A stretch of 64,000 nt of DNA from a virus (IMGVR_UViG_3300045988_110853:4077-68076), one strand, 5' to 3'. Shown: positions 11,550 through 19,966, numbered from the stretch's first letter. Notes: generated by a model not told the origin, from the letters alone. Numbers and translations are program-made.

Positions 11550-11636
11550 TGGTGGGCCGAGCTGGGATCGAACCAGCCGAGCATTCAAGCACCTGATTTA
11601 CAGTCAGGTCCGCTACCTTCTACGGGATACCGGCCC
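11550..11636 (-). tRNA. tRNA-Tyr (anticodon GTA), long variable arm, CCA encoded
   Basis: Manual fold: acceptor GGGCCGG/TCGGCCC, anticodon loop CTGTAAA, T-arm GCTGG TTCGATC CCAGC. Confidence 0.75.
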
Positions 11637-11980
11637 AAATATTTTTTATAATCCTTAATAAATCGCCAATAATCTTCTCGGTTATAAGGAATATTATTAT
11701 ATTTATTAAAATCATGTGTAAAAGCACTATAAATTAAAAAATCTAAATACTTAGATTTTAACTGAACGTGCCATTCATAAGAACCATCAAGTTTAGCTCC
11801 ATAAGCACGATGAAATAAAGTATATTCACCAAACCGCGCTTTATCTGCTAATACAATTTTAAAATTATCTCGACTATTATGAATATTTAAAACATCATAA
11901 CCAAGACCATTTTTAGTGAATTTATGATAACCACCAAAAGTTTCTTCACAATAATTTAAATAAATATCAAACATTCTCAT
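11585..11980 (-). CDS. hypothetical protein (3-prime end overlaps tRNA-Tyr)
   Basis: 131 aa ORF; C-terminal 15 codons are translation of the tRNA. Confidence 0.35.
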   Translation of the reverse strand: MRMFDIYLNYCEETFGGYHKFTKNGLGYDVLNIHNSRDNFKIVLADKARFGEYTLFHRAYGAKLDGSYEWHVQLKSKYLDFLIYSAFTHDFNKYNNIPYNREDYWRFIKDYKKYLGRYPVEGSGPDCKSGA

Positions 11981-12207
11981 TTGAGGGTTTTAATTAGGTT
12001 AACCCACAACCTCCGATAGTGTGTCTACTGAACCAAAGGAATGCCCGATCGCCACATTCCACTCTTTAAAAGATGGACGCTTCTAATCCTACTTCCTATC
12101 GTATAAAAGGACTTATCAATGACTTTTATACATATTGCCTTTATTATCTTTATAAACAAATTAGCATTACCCAGTGCTACCGCGAGGAGGTTTTGTTTTT
12201 AGCACCG

Positions 12208-12296
12208 CAGCCCCGCTGGGATTCGAACCCAGAACGACTCCTTCAAAGGGAAAACGGTTTTAGAGACCGCCGTGTTAACCGTTACACTACGGGGCA
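12208..12296 (-). tRNA. suppressor tRNA, anticodon CTA (reads UAG); type-II-like long variable region, discriminator G
   Basis: Manual fold: D-arm GTGT AACGGTTA ACAC; anticodon stem GCGGT/ACCGT with loop CTCTAAA; T-arm CTGGG TTCGAAT CCCAG; 21-nt variable region. Confidence 0.7.
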
Positions 12297-12307
12297 ATAG
12301 AGACTCC

Positions 12308-12490
12308 TTAATTCAACTTATGGAGTTTCCGCTTCATCTTATTAATGAGACGCTGATTCATAACTTCACCATGGGAATACAACTTCGCAATGCGATTTTC
12401 ATAATGCTCTTTAGTGCGACAAATCATAATTTTTCTCCTTAAATTGAATTTATGGTTCGGAGAGGGTATATCTGCGTCATCTAGACCCAA
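12308..12490 (-). CDS. small basic hypothetical protein
   Basis: 60 aa ORF. Confidence 0.3.
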   Translation of the reverse strand: MGLDDADIPSPNHKFNLRRKIMICRTKEHYENRIAKLYSHGEVMNQRLINKMKRKLHKLN

Positions 12491-12562
12491 TTTTTTAATT
12501 CATTATATATTCTTTCAGAGTAGCAAATTCCTAATCAAATATATAACTTAGCAGAACTCCGA

Positions 12563-12655
12563 TGGCACGGCCGGCTGGACTCGAACCAGCAGATGCAGGA
12601 GTCAGGGCTCAAAAGTTGGACTTGCACCAACATTCTCGGTTTTATAGGACCGGAA
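12563..12655 (-). other. tRNA-like element with T-arm and CCA-ending acceptor 3-prime strand; 5-prime half not foldable by eye
   Basis: GCTGG TTCGAGT CCAGC CGGCCGT G CCA on minus strand. Confidence 0.3.
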
Positions 12656-13023
12656 GCCTACTAACAGAACTTATATAATACTACTTAACCCCGTCATATT
12701 ATATAACCCATTTAACTGATTTTGAGAAAGTCCTGTGCCTTACCGATTTGGCGACGACCGTATAAAAACAAGACACCAAAGAATTTCAATCAATTCATTT
12801 CATTTGTTTGTCGATTAATTCTCTCTTACCCCAAACAAACTACACCTTCGACAGGTAATCAAAAAGTTATTGGTAAAACAATATCTTTGTAATTTCCTAC
12901 TATAGAAAAAATTCGCAGTTTGTGGTGTCTTTATTTAATTTAACATATTTAAACACGAACGCCGTGCTTCACCATTACACTAATTACAGCTGATTATTGG
13001 AATCGAACCAATCTTGCGTTCGG

Positions 13024-13101
13024 TGGTACAGAGACTGGGACTCGAACCCAGACGTCTTCTCCTTGTAAGGGAGATGTGTTAACCAGTTACACCATCCCTG
13101 T
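13024..13101 (-). tRNA. tRNA-Val (anticodon TAC), CCA encoded
   Basis: Acceptor ACAGGGA/TCTCTGT, anticodon loop CTTACAA, T-arm CTGGG TTCGAGT CCCAG. Confidence 0.8.
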
Positions 13102-13110
13102 ATAAGCAAC

Positions 13111-13305
13111 TTAATTAATAAAAGTTGCTACAAAATCCTTTTCAATCATATACATGGGAGCAGAAGCAAGGCCGCCATCATCAATCTTACAATACAGAAT
13201 AATATCTTCCGCATTGGGATTAGAAGCACGAGCAATTGCCTTTACAAGCTCCTTATTATCAATGGAATTATAATAGCAACCAAAATCAACAGAAGTCTTT
13301 TTCAT
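13111..13305 (-). CDS. small hypothetical protein
   Basis: 64 aa ORF directly downstream of class-A promoter. Confidence 0.4.
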   Translation of the reverse strand: MKKTSVDFGCYYNSIDNKELVKAIARASNPNAEDIILYCKIDDGGLASAPMYMIEKDFVATFIN

Positions 13306-13329
13306 TTTTTATCAATTCCTTTCTTAACT

Positions 13330-13368
13330 TTCTATATATATTATATTATATTTTTTATAAAAAATCAA
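13330..13368 (-). promoter_or_regulatory. class-A phage promoter (TTGATT-N17-TATAAT)
   Basis: -35 at 13363-13368, -10 at 13340-13345, conserved downstream ATATATAGAAAG. Confidence 0.6.
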
Positions 13369-13439
13369 AAAAGTTATTTCAAACTAGACACGTTAGAAAA
13401 CATAATTTCAAGTTATGTGCGTTAACCAATTTCGCCAAA

Positions 13440-13509
13440 ACCCCAGTTGGAGTTTACAGGATTTGAACCCGTATACCTTTCTAATGAAAGAATTGCTGTA
13501 TGTGTCTTA
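13440..13509 (-). other. tRNA-like 3-prime portion (T-arm ACGGG TTCAAAT CCTGT) without foldable 5-prime half
   Basis: T-loop GGTTCAAATCC on minus strand directly after tRNA-Pro. Confidence 0.25.
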
Positions 13510-13585
13510 TGGTCCGAGTGGAGCGACTCAAACGCTCGGCCTCTGCATCCCAAATGCAGCGTTCTATCAACTGAACTACACCCGG
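13510..13585 (-). tRNA. tRNA-Pro (anticodon TGG), CCA encoded
   Basis: Acceptor CCGGGTG/CACTCGG, anticodon loop TTTGGGA with G37, T-arm GAGCG TTTGAGT CGCTC. Confidence 0.75.
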
Positions 13586-13686
13586 AAATACGGCTAAGGT
13601 CCCGCACCACACATCCGATTTTTGTTCCCCACATATAGGAGTGGGTATGACCTTTAGGCGGAATCGAATTTGTTATTAACCGCCCA

Positions 13687-13763
13687 TGGTAGTCCGGGTG
13701 AGACTTGAACTCACGACCCTGCGATTATCAGTCGCATACTCTAGCCAGCTGAGCTACCGAACT
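13687..13763 (-). tRNA. tRNA-Ile (anticodon GAT), CCA encoded
   Basis: Acceptor AGTTCGG/CCGGACT, anticodon loop CTGATAA, T-arm GTGAG TTCAAGT CTCAC. Confidence 0.8.
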
Positions 13764-13824
13764 ATAAACAAGACTAAATTATCAATACTATTGCCTCTAC
13801 CAGTTGGGCTAACTCCCGATGGCC

Positions 13825-13866
13825 GGGAGCGAAGGACTTGAACCTCCAACACATAGTTCCCTTTAT
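13825..13866 (-). other. tRNA 3-prime fragment-like element (T-arm + acceptor strand + CCA) at start of tRNA operon
   Basis: GGAGG TTCAAGT CCTTC GCTCCCG G CCA; followed by inverted repeat CGGGAGT forming 7-bp hairpin; no 5-prime half. Confidence 0.35.
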
Positions 13867-13894
13867 GATAAAAATTGCTGTTTTAGTCTTTAAT

Positions 13895-13933
13895 TTATAT
13901 ATTTATTATATAATATTTTTTTATAAATGTCAA
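13895..13933 (-). promoter_or_regulatory. class-A promoter driving tRNA operon 13866-13440
   Basis: TTGACA 13928-13933, TATAAT 13905-13910. Confidence 0.6.
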
Positions 13934-13942
13934 AAAGTTTTA

Positions 13943-14800
13943 TTAAGTAGTTAAAAATGCGTTATAACCTTTTGATTTTAAATCATTGATTACTTTAATA
14001 GCATTTGCTTTTATAGAAAAAGCACCTACTTGAACTTTATAATACTTGCCTATCTTGCGAATATAAGCATTTTTATAACCTGCTCCAATAGTATCAGGTA
14101 ATGCTTTAATCTTCAATAAGAAAGCATCAGCATTGGATTTAGATCCAAAAGCACCAAGTTGAACGCGATAAATAATTTGCGGTTTAAGGTAAACTGCCAT
14201 TACATTATCTACTGCGCGATTACCCCAGTCTTTAGTAATACAAGTTCCATTGTGAAGAACTTTTGTGCTACCACCGCCATCAAGATTAATAGCATAATCA
14301 ACCTTTAATGTTAAAAGTAAATTCTACATTTCCGCAAACGCCATACCTGGCTTTTCAATAGCGATTAAATAAATATTAGATTTATTATATGCTAATACTG
14401 TTCTGCGAGCTTTATAATCTAATTCTTTAGCATAAGTAATTTGAGCTTTTTTACCAGCTTTAATTAATACCGGATAACCACTGACAAAATCTTCAAATCT
14501 TTCTGTCCCAATTATGCCATATTTCAATTCACCATTAACTATGCCAAATCCTTCTTTATAAGAAGAAGTAGAATTAATGATTACACCATTATCCATATAA
14601 TTAAAACAAGTAGCACCATTATCCATACTAAAGAAACCGCCATTAGTTAAAATAGTAGGTTTAACCGCACAACTATCATAATATTGCTTTAAAGTCTAAC
14701 GCGGTTGGGCGCATAACGCCATATCTAACTTACTAATTTCTTCTTTTGGAATTTCAATAATTTTCACATACGAATAATTATTTGGAGAATATATTTTCAT
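13943..14800 (-). CDS. putative cell-wall hydrolase: NAGPA (phosphodiester glycosidase)-like domain plus C-terminal SPOR domain (2 in-frame TAG)
   Basis: RBS aaggaaggtg; YAINLDGGGST motif; C-terminal SPOR repeats YRVQLGAF..YKVQVGAF; TAGs at 14324 and about 14700. Confidence 0.55.
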
Positions 14801-14860
14801 CGAATCACCTTCCTTAATATTTTTAAGGTTTTAATGATTCTTATTAATGGAATATACCCT

Positions 14861-14937
14861 TGGCATCCCCGGAGCGATTCGAACGCCCGACACAAGGATT
14901 AGAAATCCTTTGTTCTATCCAACTGAACTACGGGGAC
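14861..14937 (-). tRNA. tRNA-Arg (anticodon TCT), CCA encoded
   Basis: Acceptor GTCCCCG/CGGGGAT, anticodon loop TTTCTAA, T-arm GGGCG TTCGAAT CGCTC. Confidence 0.8.
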
Positions 14938-15043
14938 AAATTCGCTACAAGACTCTTTATTCTTCTTAATCCCACATTAAGCGCTTATTGAAAGCAAAAG
15001 ATTGCTGTATGAGTCTTTATTTAGTTAAGAAAGGAAATACCAT

Positions 15044-15087
15044 GACAATGGTAGGGTGAGGGAGACTCGAACTCTCCATTGAGCGAT
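15044..15087 (-). other. tRNA 3-prime fragment-like element (T-arm GGAGA GTTCGAG TCTCC + TCACCCT A CCA)
   Basis: Lies 10 nt after the CCA of the upstream tRNA-like gene; no 5-prime half. Confidence 0.35.
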
Positions 15088-15090
15088 TTG

Positions 15091-15170
15091 GCCTGTGAGC
15101 TAAGATTTGAACTTAAATCTTTGTAGCGCTTCCAATATTTTACCATTTAAACTACCCACAGATAAGTCGC
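15091..15170 (-). other. tRNA-like gene with good acceptor/D/T arms and CCA but unresolvable anticodon arm
   Basis: CTGTGGG TA GTTT AAATGGTA AAAT ... TTAAG TTCAAAT CTTAG CTCACAG G CCA. Confidence 0.35.
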
Positions 15171-15208
15171 CTAGTCTAGCCTTTGACTTACCACCCCAGA
15201 TCGGCGAG

Positions 15209-15727
15209 TTAAGAAACCCGCGATTTTAACCAGTAAACAGACATTCGTTCTTCCGGCTGATTAGTCATTTCACCTTTTGGCCCTAAAATTTCAGGATAAG
15301 GCCAAACATATTCATTTGCGGTCTTTTCATCAGGAAATTCAACTTCCGCGTAGCAAAACTTTCCATCAACTTCACTAACTTCAATCAATCGCCCAGGATT
15401 ATAAATATCTTGAACCATATAATAATCCTTAATAATAGGATTATAACCTTCGTGTCGAGTTTTTCTAATCATTTCATAGAAATCCACGGAAATAGATGTT
15501 TCAACTTCCTCACGAGAAAGACCATCGCCATATTTGTATGTCATCTTATAATCAACTTGATTGGTTTTAAGATTAATGGCTTTCCGCACTCGAATTTCTT
15601 CAAGCACCTTACCATCATTATCAAAATCAACCATAATATAAATCTGCTCGATTTTCTTATGACGAACACATTTTTCCTTCATCCAAGAAGGGATATTCTT
15701 AATATCAAACTTACGTTCGATTTCCAT
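15209..15727 (-). CDS. CYTH-domain protein (triphosphate tunnel metalloenzyme; CyaB-like cyclase or triphosphatase)
   Basis: N-terminal EIERKF (ExExK signature), 172 aa, TAA stop. Confidence 0.65.
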   Translation of the reverse strand: MEIERKFDIKNIPSWMKEKCVRHKKIEQIYIMVDFDNDGKVLEEIRVRKAINLKTNQVDYKMTYKYGDGLSREEVETSISVDFYEMIRKTRHEGYNPIIKDYYMVQDIYNPGRLIEVSEVDGKFCYAEVEFPDEKTANEYVWPYPEILGPKGEMTNQPEERMSVYWLKSRVS

Positions 15728-15862
15728 CCTTATACTCCTTTAACTCTTGGAAATAAGCAAGAATCTATTCATTCTTATCAATAATTTCTGGGTTATAATT
15801 GTAATATTTCATAGAAGCAATTTGTTGCTCCCATTCAATAATCAACTAATCTACTGTATATT

Positions 15863-16492
15863 TCATATTTTATCAAATCTCCAAACATAATTATAAGCAG
15901 TTTTACGCTCGCCTCGGGCGACGTCCGCGATCCTTTTTGCTATTGTATCAATTGATGCTTTTGATACTTTTTGTGAAGCAATCCATCTAGCTCCATCACC
16001 GCAAGATTCAAAGTGAGAAATAAAATTCCCATCTCGATCTAAACAAGATATAGGTTTATTTCCAATTTTAGGAGCAACTGTTTGAATTTTTCTTCCTTGA
16101 AGAATTTTACAAACTGTTTTTTCACTAATATTAAGATATTTAGCTACTTCTTTTTGATTTTTTATTTTCTGATAAGTGTCAATAACTAAATCATAATCAA
16201 GATATTTCTTACCATCTCCGCCGAGAGTAGCATTATACCCATTTTTAAAAGAACCTAATTTTTCAATCCAATAAATTTCTCTATCTTCTGGATTATCAGT
16301 TTCTTCAATTAACTCAACATGAAAATGTTCTATTCCATATTTTCGCATTGCTGAATATAATGGACGTTTTTCATAACTCTCTTTTTTAAAAGCTCTACAA
16401 TGTTCTAAAAATCTTTCTTCAACAGTTCTTTCAGTTTTACCAACATAAATTTTCTAATTTATGTCATTAGTAATTTTATAAATGTATGCCAT
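15863..16492 (-). CDS. GIY-YIG homing endonuclease (1 in-frame TAG)
   Basis: YIYKITNDIN-TAG-KIYVGKTE...YWIEKLGSFKNGYNATLGG; C-terminal basic DNA-binding region; RBS aaaggagc. Confidence 0.6.
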
Positions 16493-16523
16493 ACTAAAAT
16501 AGCTCCTTTCTATAAAATTTAAT

Positions 16524-16610
16524 TGGTGCTTTTGGTGAGACTCGAACTCACACGAACTTGCGCCCACTAGATTCTTAGTCTAGCATGTATACCAATTCCA
16601 TCACAAAAGC
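16524..16610 (-). tRNA. type-II tRNA (Leu-like) with anticodon AAG (unusual A34), CCA encoded
   Basis: Acceptor GCTTTTG/CAAAAGC, anticodon stem CTAGA/TCTAG loop CTAAGAA, long variable arm, T-arm GTGAG TTCGAGT CTCAC. Confidence 0.6.
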
Positions 16611-16624
16611 ATTTCTTTACTTTT

Positions 16625-16662
16625 CATATATTTATTATATATTATTTTTTTAATAAAGTCAA
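16625..16662 (-). promoter_or_regulatory. class-A promoter (TTGACT-N17-TATAAT)
   Basis: -35 16657-16662, -10 16634-16639. Confidence 0.55.
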
Positions 16663-16698
16663 AAGAGCCGGTGTAAAGTATATTCACTTTACACCGGC
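16655..16698 (-). terminator. rho-independent terminator after AAA+ ATPase gene
   Basis: 13-bp inverted repeat GCCGGTGTAAAGT/ACTTTACACCGGC then T-rich on minus strand. Confidence 0.55.
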
Positions 16699-16704
16699 CG
16701 CGTA

Positions 16705-17844
16705 TCAATAAAGATACTTGTCAAAGGTGTTTGCGACCTTAGTTAAAACAACAGACTTAATTACGCGCTCTTCTTTAGCTTTCTTAATAGCTTCTCCACG
16801 TTTTTCGCTATCTTCAATCGTCCAGAAGTCATCAGGATCAATATACACTTCAATCTTCTTCGGGTCTGCGGTAATCATACCCTTTTCGATCTTAATTGAA
16901 TCAGGGGTCAACGCATAACGAATAGTTTTATTATTTGAAGCATAACCATCATACCATCTCTGATGATTAGTATTGGGATTATTAAACAAATTAACCGAAG
17001 CGCCATAAGTGTTATACACATCACCATTTACAGTAGTAATAGCGATATTAAAACGCACATTAGAGGTCTGAGAGATATTGAGGTCTTCAAGAGTTTCCGC
17101 AACACCATAACCCTGATTAAGTTCAAAAGCAATAGCACGAAGATAATCATAAGTCATATTAACGGTGCGAGAGAAATTTACAATATCCTTAATACCGTCC
17201 GCATACTTTTCATCAATCTTATCAGTAAGATACTCTACAATCTCTTCCTCTGTTGGATAGGTAATCTTAAAATGATAATGGAAACGGCCCGGTCGATTCA
17301 ACAGATAAACGTTAAGTCGATCAACTTCATTACAAGTGATAACAAAAAGCTTCTTACCATTATCGAGACCATCAAAAAGAGAAAGCATTTCTTCCTGCGG
17401 AGACGGACCTGCATGATCTTCAACATTGGAAGCAAAGTTCTTTTCAAACTCGTCGAAAATAACTACAACTTCCTGCTCGATGCTGGAAATAAAATCCGCA
17501 ATACCAGGCATATAAGTGTTAGCCAAAAGCACAGGATATCCTTCATCAATAGCCTTCTGCGAAAGGATACGAGCAAACAAAGACTTACCGATACCCTTCT
17601 GTCCGCTTAGGATAACACCAAGATTGCGGTCCGAGTGCTTAAAAGAATTAAGCACCTTATTGACTTTAACTTCGTGATTACCATAAATCTTTTCCTCATT
17701 GACCGCAAGATCAGAACGAGAAGAAAGATAAAAACCTGCCATTTTATTAAAGCAGATTTCAAAAGACATAAGCGGAAGTCGCTTATAAGTCTTAACGTCC
17801 TCGCCATAAATTTGATAGCGAGAACCAGCATTTACAATATTCAT
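16705..17844 (-). CDS. AAA+ ATPase
   Basis: Walker A GQKGIGKS, Walker B VVIFDEFE, sensor NRPGRFHYHF; TGA stop. Confidence 0.7.
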   Translation of the reverse strand: MNIVNAGSRYQIYGEDVKTYKRLPLMSFEICFNKMAGFYLSSRSDLAVNEEKIYGNHEVKVNKVLNSFKHSDRNLGVILSGQKGIGKSLFARILSQKAIDEGYPVLLANTYMPGIADFISSIEQEVVVIFDEFEKNFASNVEDHAGPSPQEEMLSLFDGLDNGKKLFVITCNEVDRLNVYLLNRPGRFHYHFKITYPTEEEIVEYLTDKIDEKYADGIKDIVNFSRTVNMTYDYLRAIAFELNQGYGVAETLEDLNISQTSNVRFNIAITTVNGDVYNTYGASVNLFNNPNTNHQRWYDGYASNNKTIRYALTPDSIKIEKGMITADPKKIEVYIDPDDFWTIEDSEKRGEAIKKAKEERVIKSVVLTKVANTFDKYLY

Positions 17845-17871
17845 ACTTAATCCTCTTAATTTAAAGTTTAA

Positions 17872-17958
17872 TGGCGGAATCGCCGCGGCTCGAACGCGGA
17901 CTACTCAGTGAGTAGGATGGATTAGCAATCCATTGGAATACCATTATCCCACGACTCC
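17872..17958 (-). tRNA. tRNA-Ser (anticodon GCT), long variable arm, CCA encoded
   Basis: Acceptor GGAGTCG/CGATTCC, anticodon loop TTGCTAA, T-arm CCGCG TTCGAGC CGCGG. Confidence 0.8.
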
Positions 17959-18049
17959 ATATATATAAATAGAATAATTTACTGCTTAAACAGATGACGT
18001 CCTCGTTTAAACCATACCACACCCTCACCCAACACCTCAATTATTCTAT

Positions 18050-18286
18050 TTATTTACACCTATATATGATTAGCTTAGGCTTAATACTATATCCACAATA
18101 ACTACGCCAAGTGCGATAATTACTAAAAATATAATACTTTCTATCAGCTTTAATATTACCAAATAAATTTAAAACTCTCAATCCTTGGTTATAATGAGAA
18201 GTTTTATTATTCACTTGGTAATTAGCCCAATCAAGAATTTCTTGACCGCTAAAACAAGGATTTTTATAGCTTAAAATATTTTTCAT
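18050..18286 (-). CDS. hypothetical protein
   Basis: 78 aa ORF with RBS agaggagg. Confidence 0.45.
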   Translation of the reverse strand: MKNILSYKNPCFSGQEILDWANYQVNNKTSHYNQGLRVLNLFGNIKADRKYYIFSNYRTWRSYCGYSIKPKLIIYRCK

Positions 18287-18354
18287 ATCCTACCTCCTCT
18301 GCTTTTCTGGACTTGGAACCAGCTTATGGTAGCATTAGATAGGCGACCGCACTT

Positions 18355-18423
18355 ATCGTTCGCTAGGACAAAATTCGCAATCATCGCCAAAGATTAAATC
18401 ATCAACATCTTTAAACATATCAG
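18355..18423 (-). CDS. possible 22-aa peptide ORF (MFKDVDDLIFGDDCEFCPSER) with strong RBS
   Basis: aaaaaaggagg then ATG; followed by T-arm-like hairpin GCTGG TTCCAAGT CCAG. Confidence 0.2.
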
Positions 18424-18699
18424 ATAAACCTCCTTTTTTTATTTAATTTTTATGAAACAAAATAGAGAGTAGAAAAACAATTCATTCCCATAGAAGTGAG
18501 AGAAAACAACAATCTATAAAATATAACGAAAGGGGAAATCAAACAGAAAGATAAGTAAGAAAATGAACTAGAGTAAAAGACTCTCTCTATTAAATAGTCT
18601 TTTGTTCTATATACGATTAAATATATAGAAAGAGTAGCCCTCCGTCCGGGCATCCCAACAGCCACGAGCAGCAAAGTGGTTCCTCATTTGTTGGTCTTT

Positions 18700-18775
18700 T
18701 GGTGGGCGGAGACAGAATTGAACTGCCGACGCTAGGATCTTCAATCCTACGCTCTACCAGCTGAGCTATCCGCCC
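18700..18775 (-). tRNA. tRNA-Phe (anticodon GAA), CCA encoded
   Basis: Acceptor GGGCGGA/TCCGCCC, D-arm GCTC AGCTGGTA GAGC, anticodon loop TTGAAGA. Confidence 0.85.
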
Positions 18776-18989
18776 ATATTATTTATATTGCTACGATTCC
18801 CGATTCTCCACGTAGTTATTCTTCCTTTAAAATTGACTAAAAGAATATGATATTTTATTTATCGTACTACATCAACAATATAAATAAAACAAGACGCCGT
18901 AAACAATTTCAAGCATATGTATTTGGTACATTGATGTTTTAAAGTTTGCTGTTAGCGCCTTAATTATTCAAAAAGAAAGGAAAGATAAA

Positions 18990-19193
18990 TTATGCGTTCG
19001 CGGGTTCCGCGTTCTTCGGTCTGCGGAACTTTACATAACGCTCACCATCATATCGGGACATCCAAATGATTGTGCCATCCTTAAAATGGAAATCATAAGT
19101 AAAATCCTTATCCTGTTCATCAACCTGATGGCAAAAGCCCTTACCGTACTTCTTAGAATAAACCTTATCGCCGGGCTTAAACTTAAACTTCAT
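18990..19193 (-). CDS. hypothetical protein
   Basis: 67 aa ORF. Confidence 0.4.
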   Translation of the reverse strand: MKFKFKPGDKVYSKKYGKGFCHQVDEQDKDFTYDFHFKDGTIIWMSRYDGERYVKFRRPKNAEPANA

Positions 19194-19237
19194 TTAGATA
19201 TCTCCTTTTGGATTATTTTAATTACAAGACACAAATG

Positions 19238-19310
19238 AAATACTTGTTGGAATTGAACCAACTACATCTTGTTTAACAGACAAGCGCTCTACCAAATGAG
19301 CTAAAATACT
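19238..19310 (-). tRNA. tRNA-Asn (anticodon GTT)
   Basis: D-arm GCTC ATTTGGTA GAGC, anticodon loop CTGTTAA, T-arm GTTGG TTCAATT CCAAC. Confidence 0.7.
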
Positions 19311-19340
19311 TTCAATAGAAAATAATTGCTGTGTGTGCCT

Positions 19341-19427
19341 TATGGTTGCGGTTCAAGGGAGTCGAACCCTGTATCGCGCAGGTTATGAGCCTGGCATGAT
19401 TTATATATCCGTTTCACTCTACCGCAA
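19341..19427 (-). other. aberrant tRNA-like gene with CAT anticodon arm, 14-nt D-loop and 2 extra nt before acceptor 3-prime strand
   Basis: TTGCGGT...CCAGG CTCATAA CCTG...AGGG TTCGACT CCCT TGA ACCGCAA. Confidence 0.3.
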
Positions 19428-19503
19428 TGGTCGGTCAAATTAGAATCGAACTAATATCCCTTGTCTTATGAGAACAATGCTCTACCAATTAAGCTATTGA
19501 CCG
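19428..19503 (-). tRNA. tRNA-Met elongator-type (anticodon CAT), CCA encoded
   Basis: Acceptor CGGTCAA/TTGACCG fully paired, anticodon loop CTCATAA, T-arm ATTAG TTCGATT CTAAT. Confidence 0.8.
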
Positions 19504-19663
19504 AAAATGGGATAGATATAATATTCGCGACCATTATATCTATTGGACTTTCTAACCCATCGTCCCAAAATTCTTAATAGACCTCATCAAATGGCCAACT
19601 TTTGTAGAGGCTTTTGTGCGACCACCTGCGCACTTACATAGACATAAGAATGATGCCAACGTA

Positions 19664-19741
19664 TGGCGACCCAGGCGGGGCTTGAACCCGCGGTCTTAGC
19701 CGTGACAGGGCTACGTGATAATCCAACTTCACTACTGGGCC
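19664..19741 (-). tRNA. tRNA-Asp (anticodon GTC), CCA encoded
   Basis: Acceptor GGCCCAG/CTGGGTC, anticodon loop CTGTCAC, T-arm GCGGG TTCAAGC CCCGC. Confidence 0.8.
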
Positions 19742-19744
19742 ATA

Positions 19745-19821
19745 TGGTGATCCTGGTGGGGTTCGAACCCAACGACTCTACCTTGAAAGGGTAGTGACTT
19801 AACCCTCTTGTCGACAGGACC
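19745..19821 (-). tRNA. tRNA-Glu (anticodon TTC), CCA encoded
   Basis: Acceptor GGTCCTG/CAGGATC, anticodon loop CTTTCAA. Confidence 0.75.
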
Positions 19822-19889
19822 ATATAAATTACTTTTTGTTGAAGAAGAAGTATAACTCCTCCGATTATTGTTTAACTAACTAAATTAGG

Positions 19890-19966
19890 TGGTGGCCTCG
19901 GCCAGAATCGAACTGACATTATTAGATTGAGAGTCTAATTTCCTAATCCTTTTAGAAGACGAGGTC
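19890..19966 (-). tRNA. tRNA-Glu (anticodon CTC), CCA encoded
   Basis: Acceptor GACCTCG/CGAGGCC (one A.C mismatch), anticodon stem TTAGA/TCTAA loop CTCTCAA. Confidence 0.65.

Noticed and set aside
11981-12200. Additional tRNA between tRNA-Tyr and the suppressor tRNA
   Set aside because: No GGTTCRA T-loop or acceptor pairing found on either strand.
12999-13020. T-arm-like hairpin TTGGAATCGAACCAA 10 nt after tRNA-Val
   Set aside because: No room for a tRNA body. Probably a processing or terminator hairpin or a remnant.
13415-13638. Three overlapping 60-70 aa ORFs
   Set aside because: They lie over tRNA-Pro and an adjacent tRNA-like element. Translation of structured RNA.
13825-13940. Circularly permuted tRNA (3-prime half followed by 5-prime half)
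   Set aside because: The segment after the CCA has an acceptor-complementary strand and a D-arm-like stretch, but no anticodon-stem complementarity with the upstream half. More likely a hairpin or fragment.
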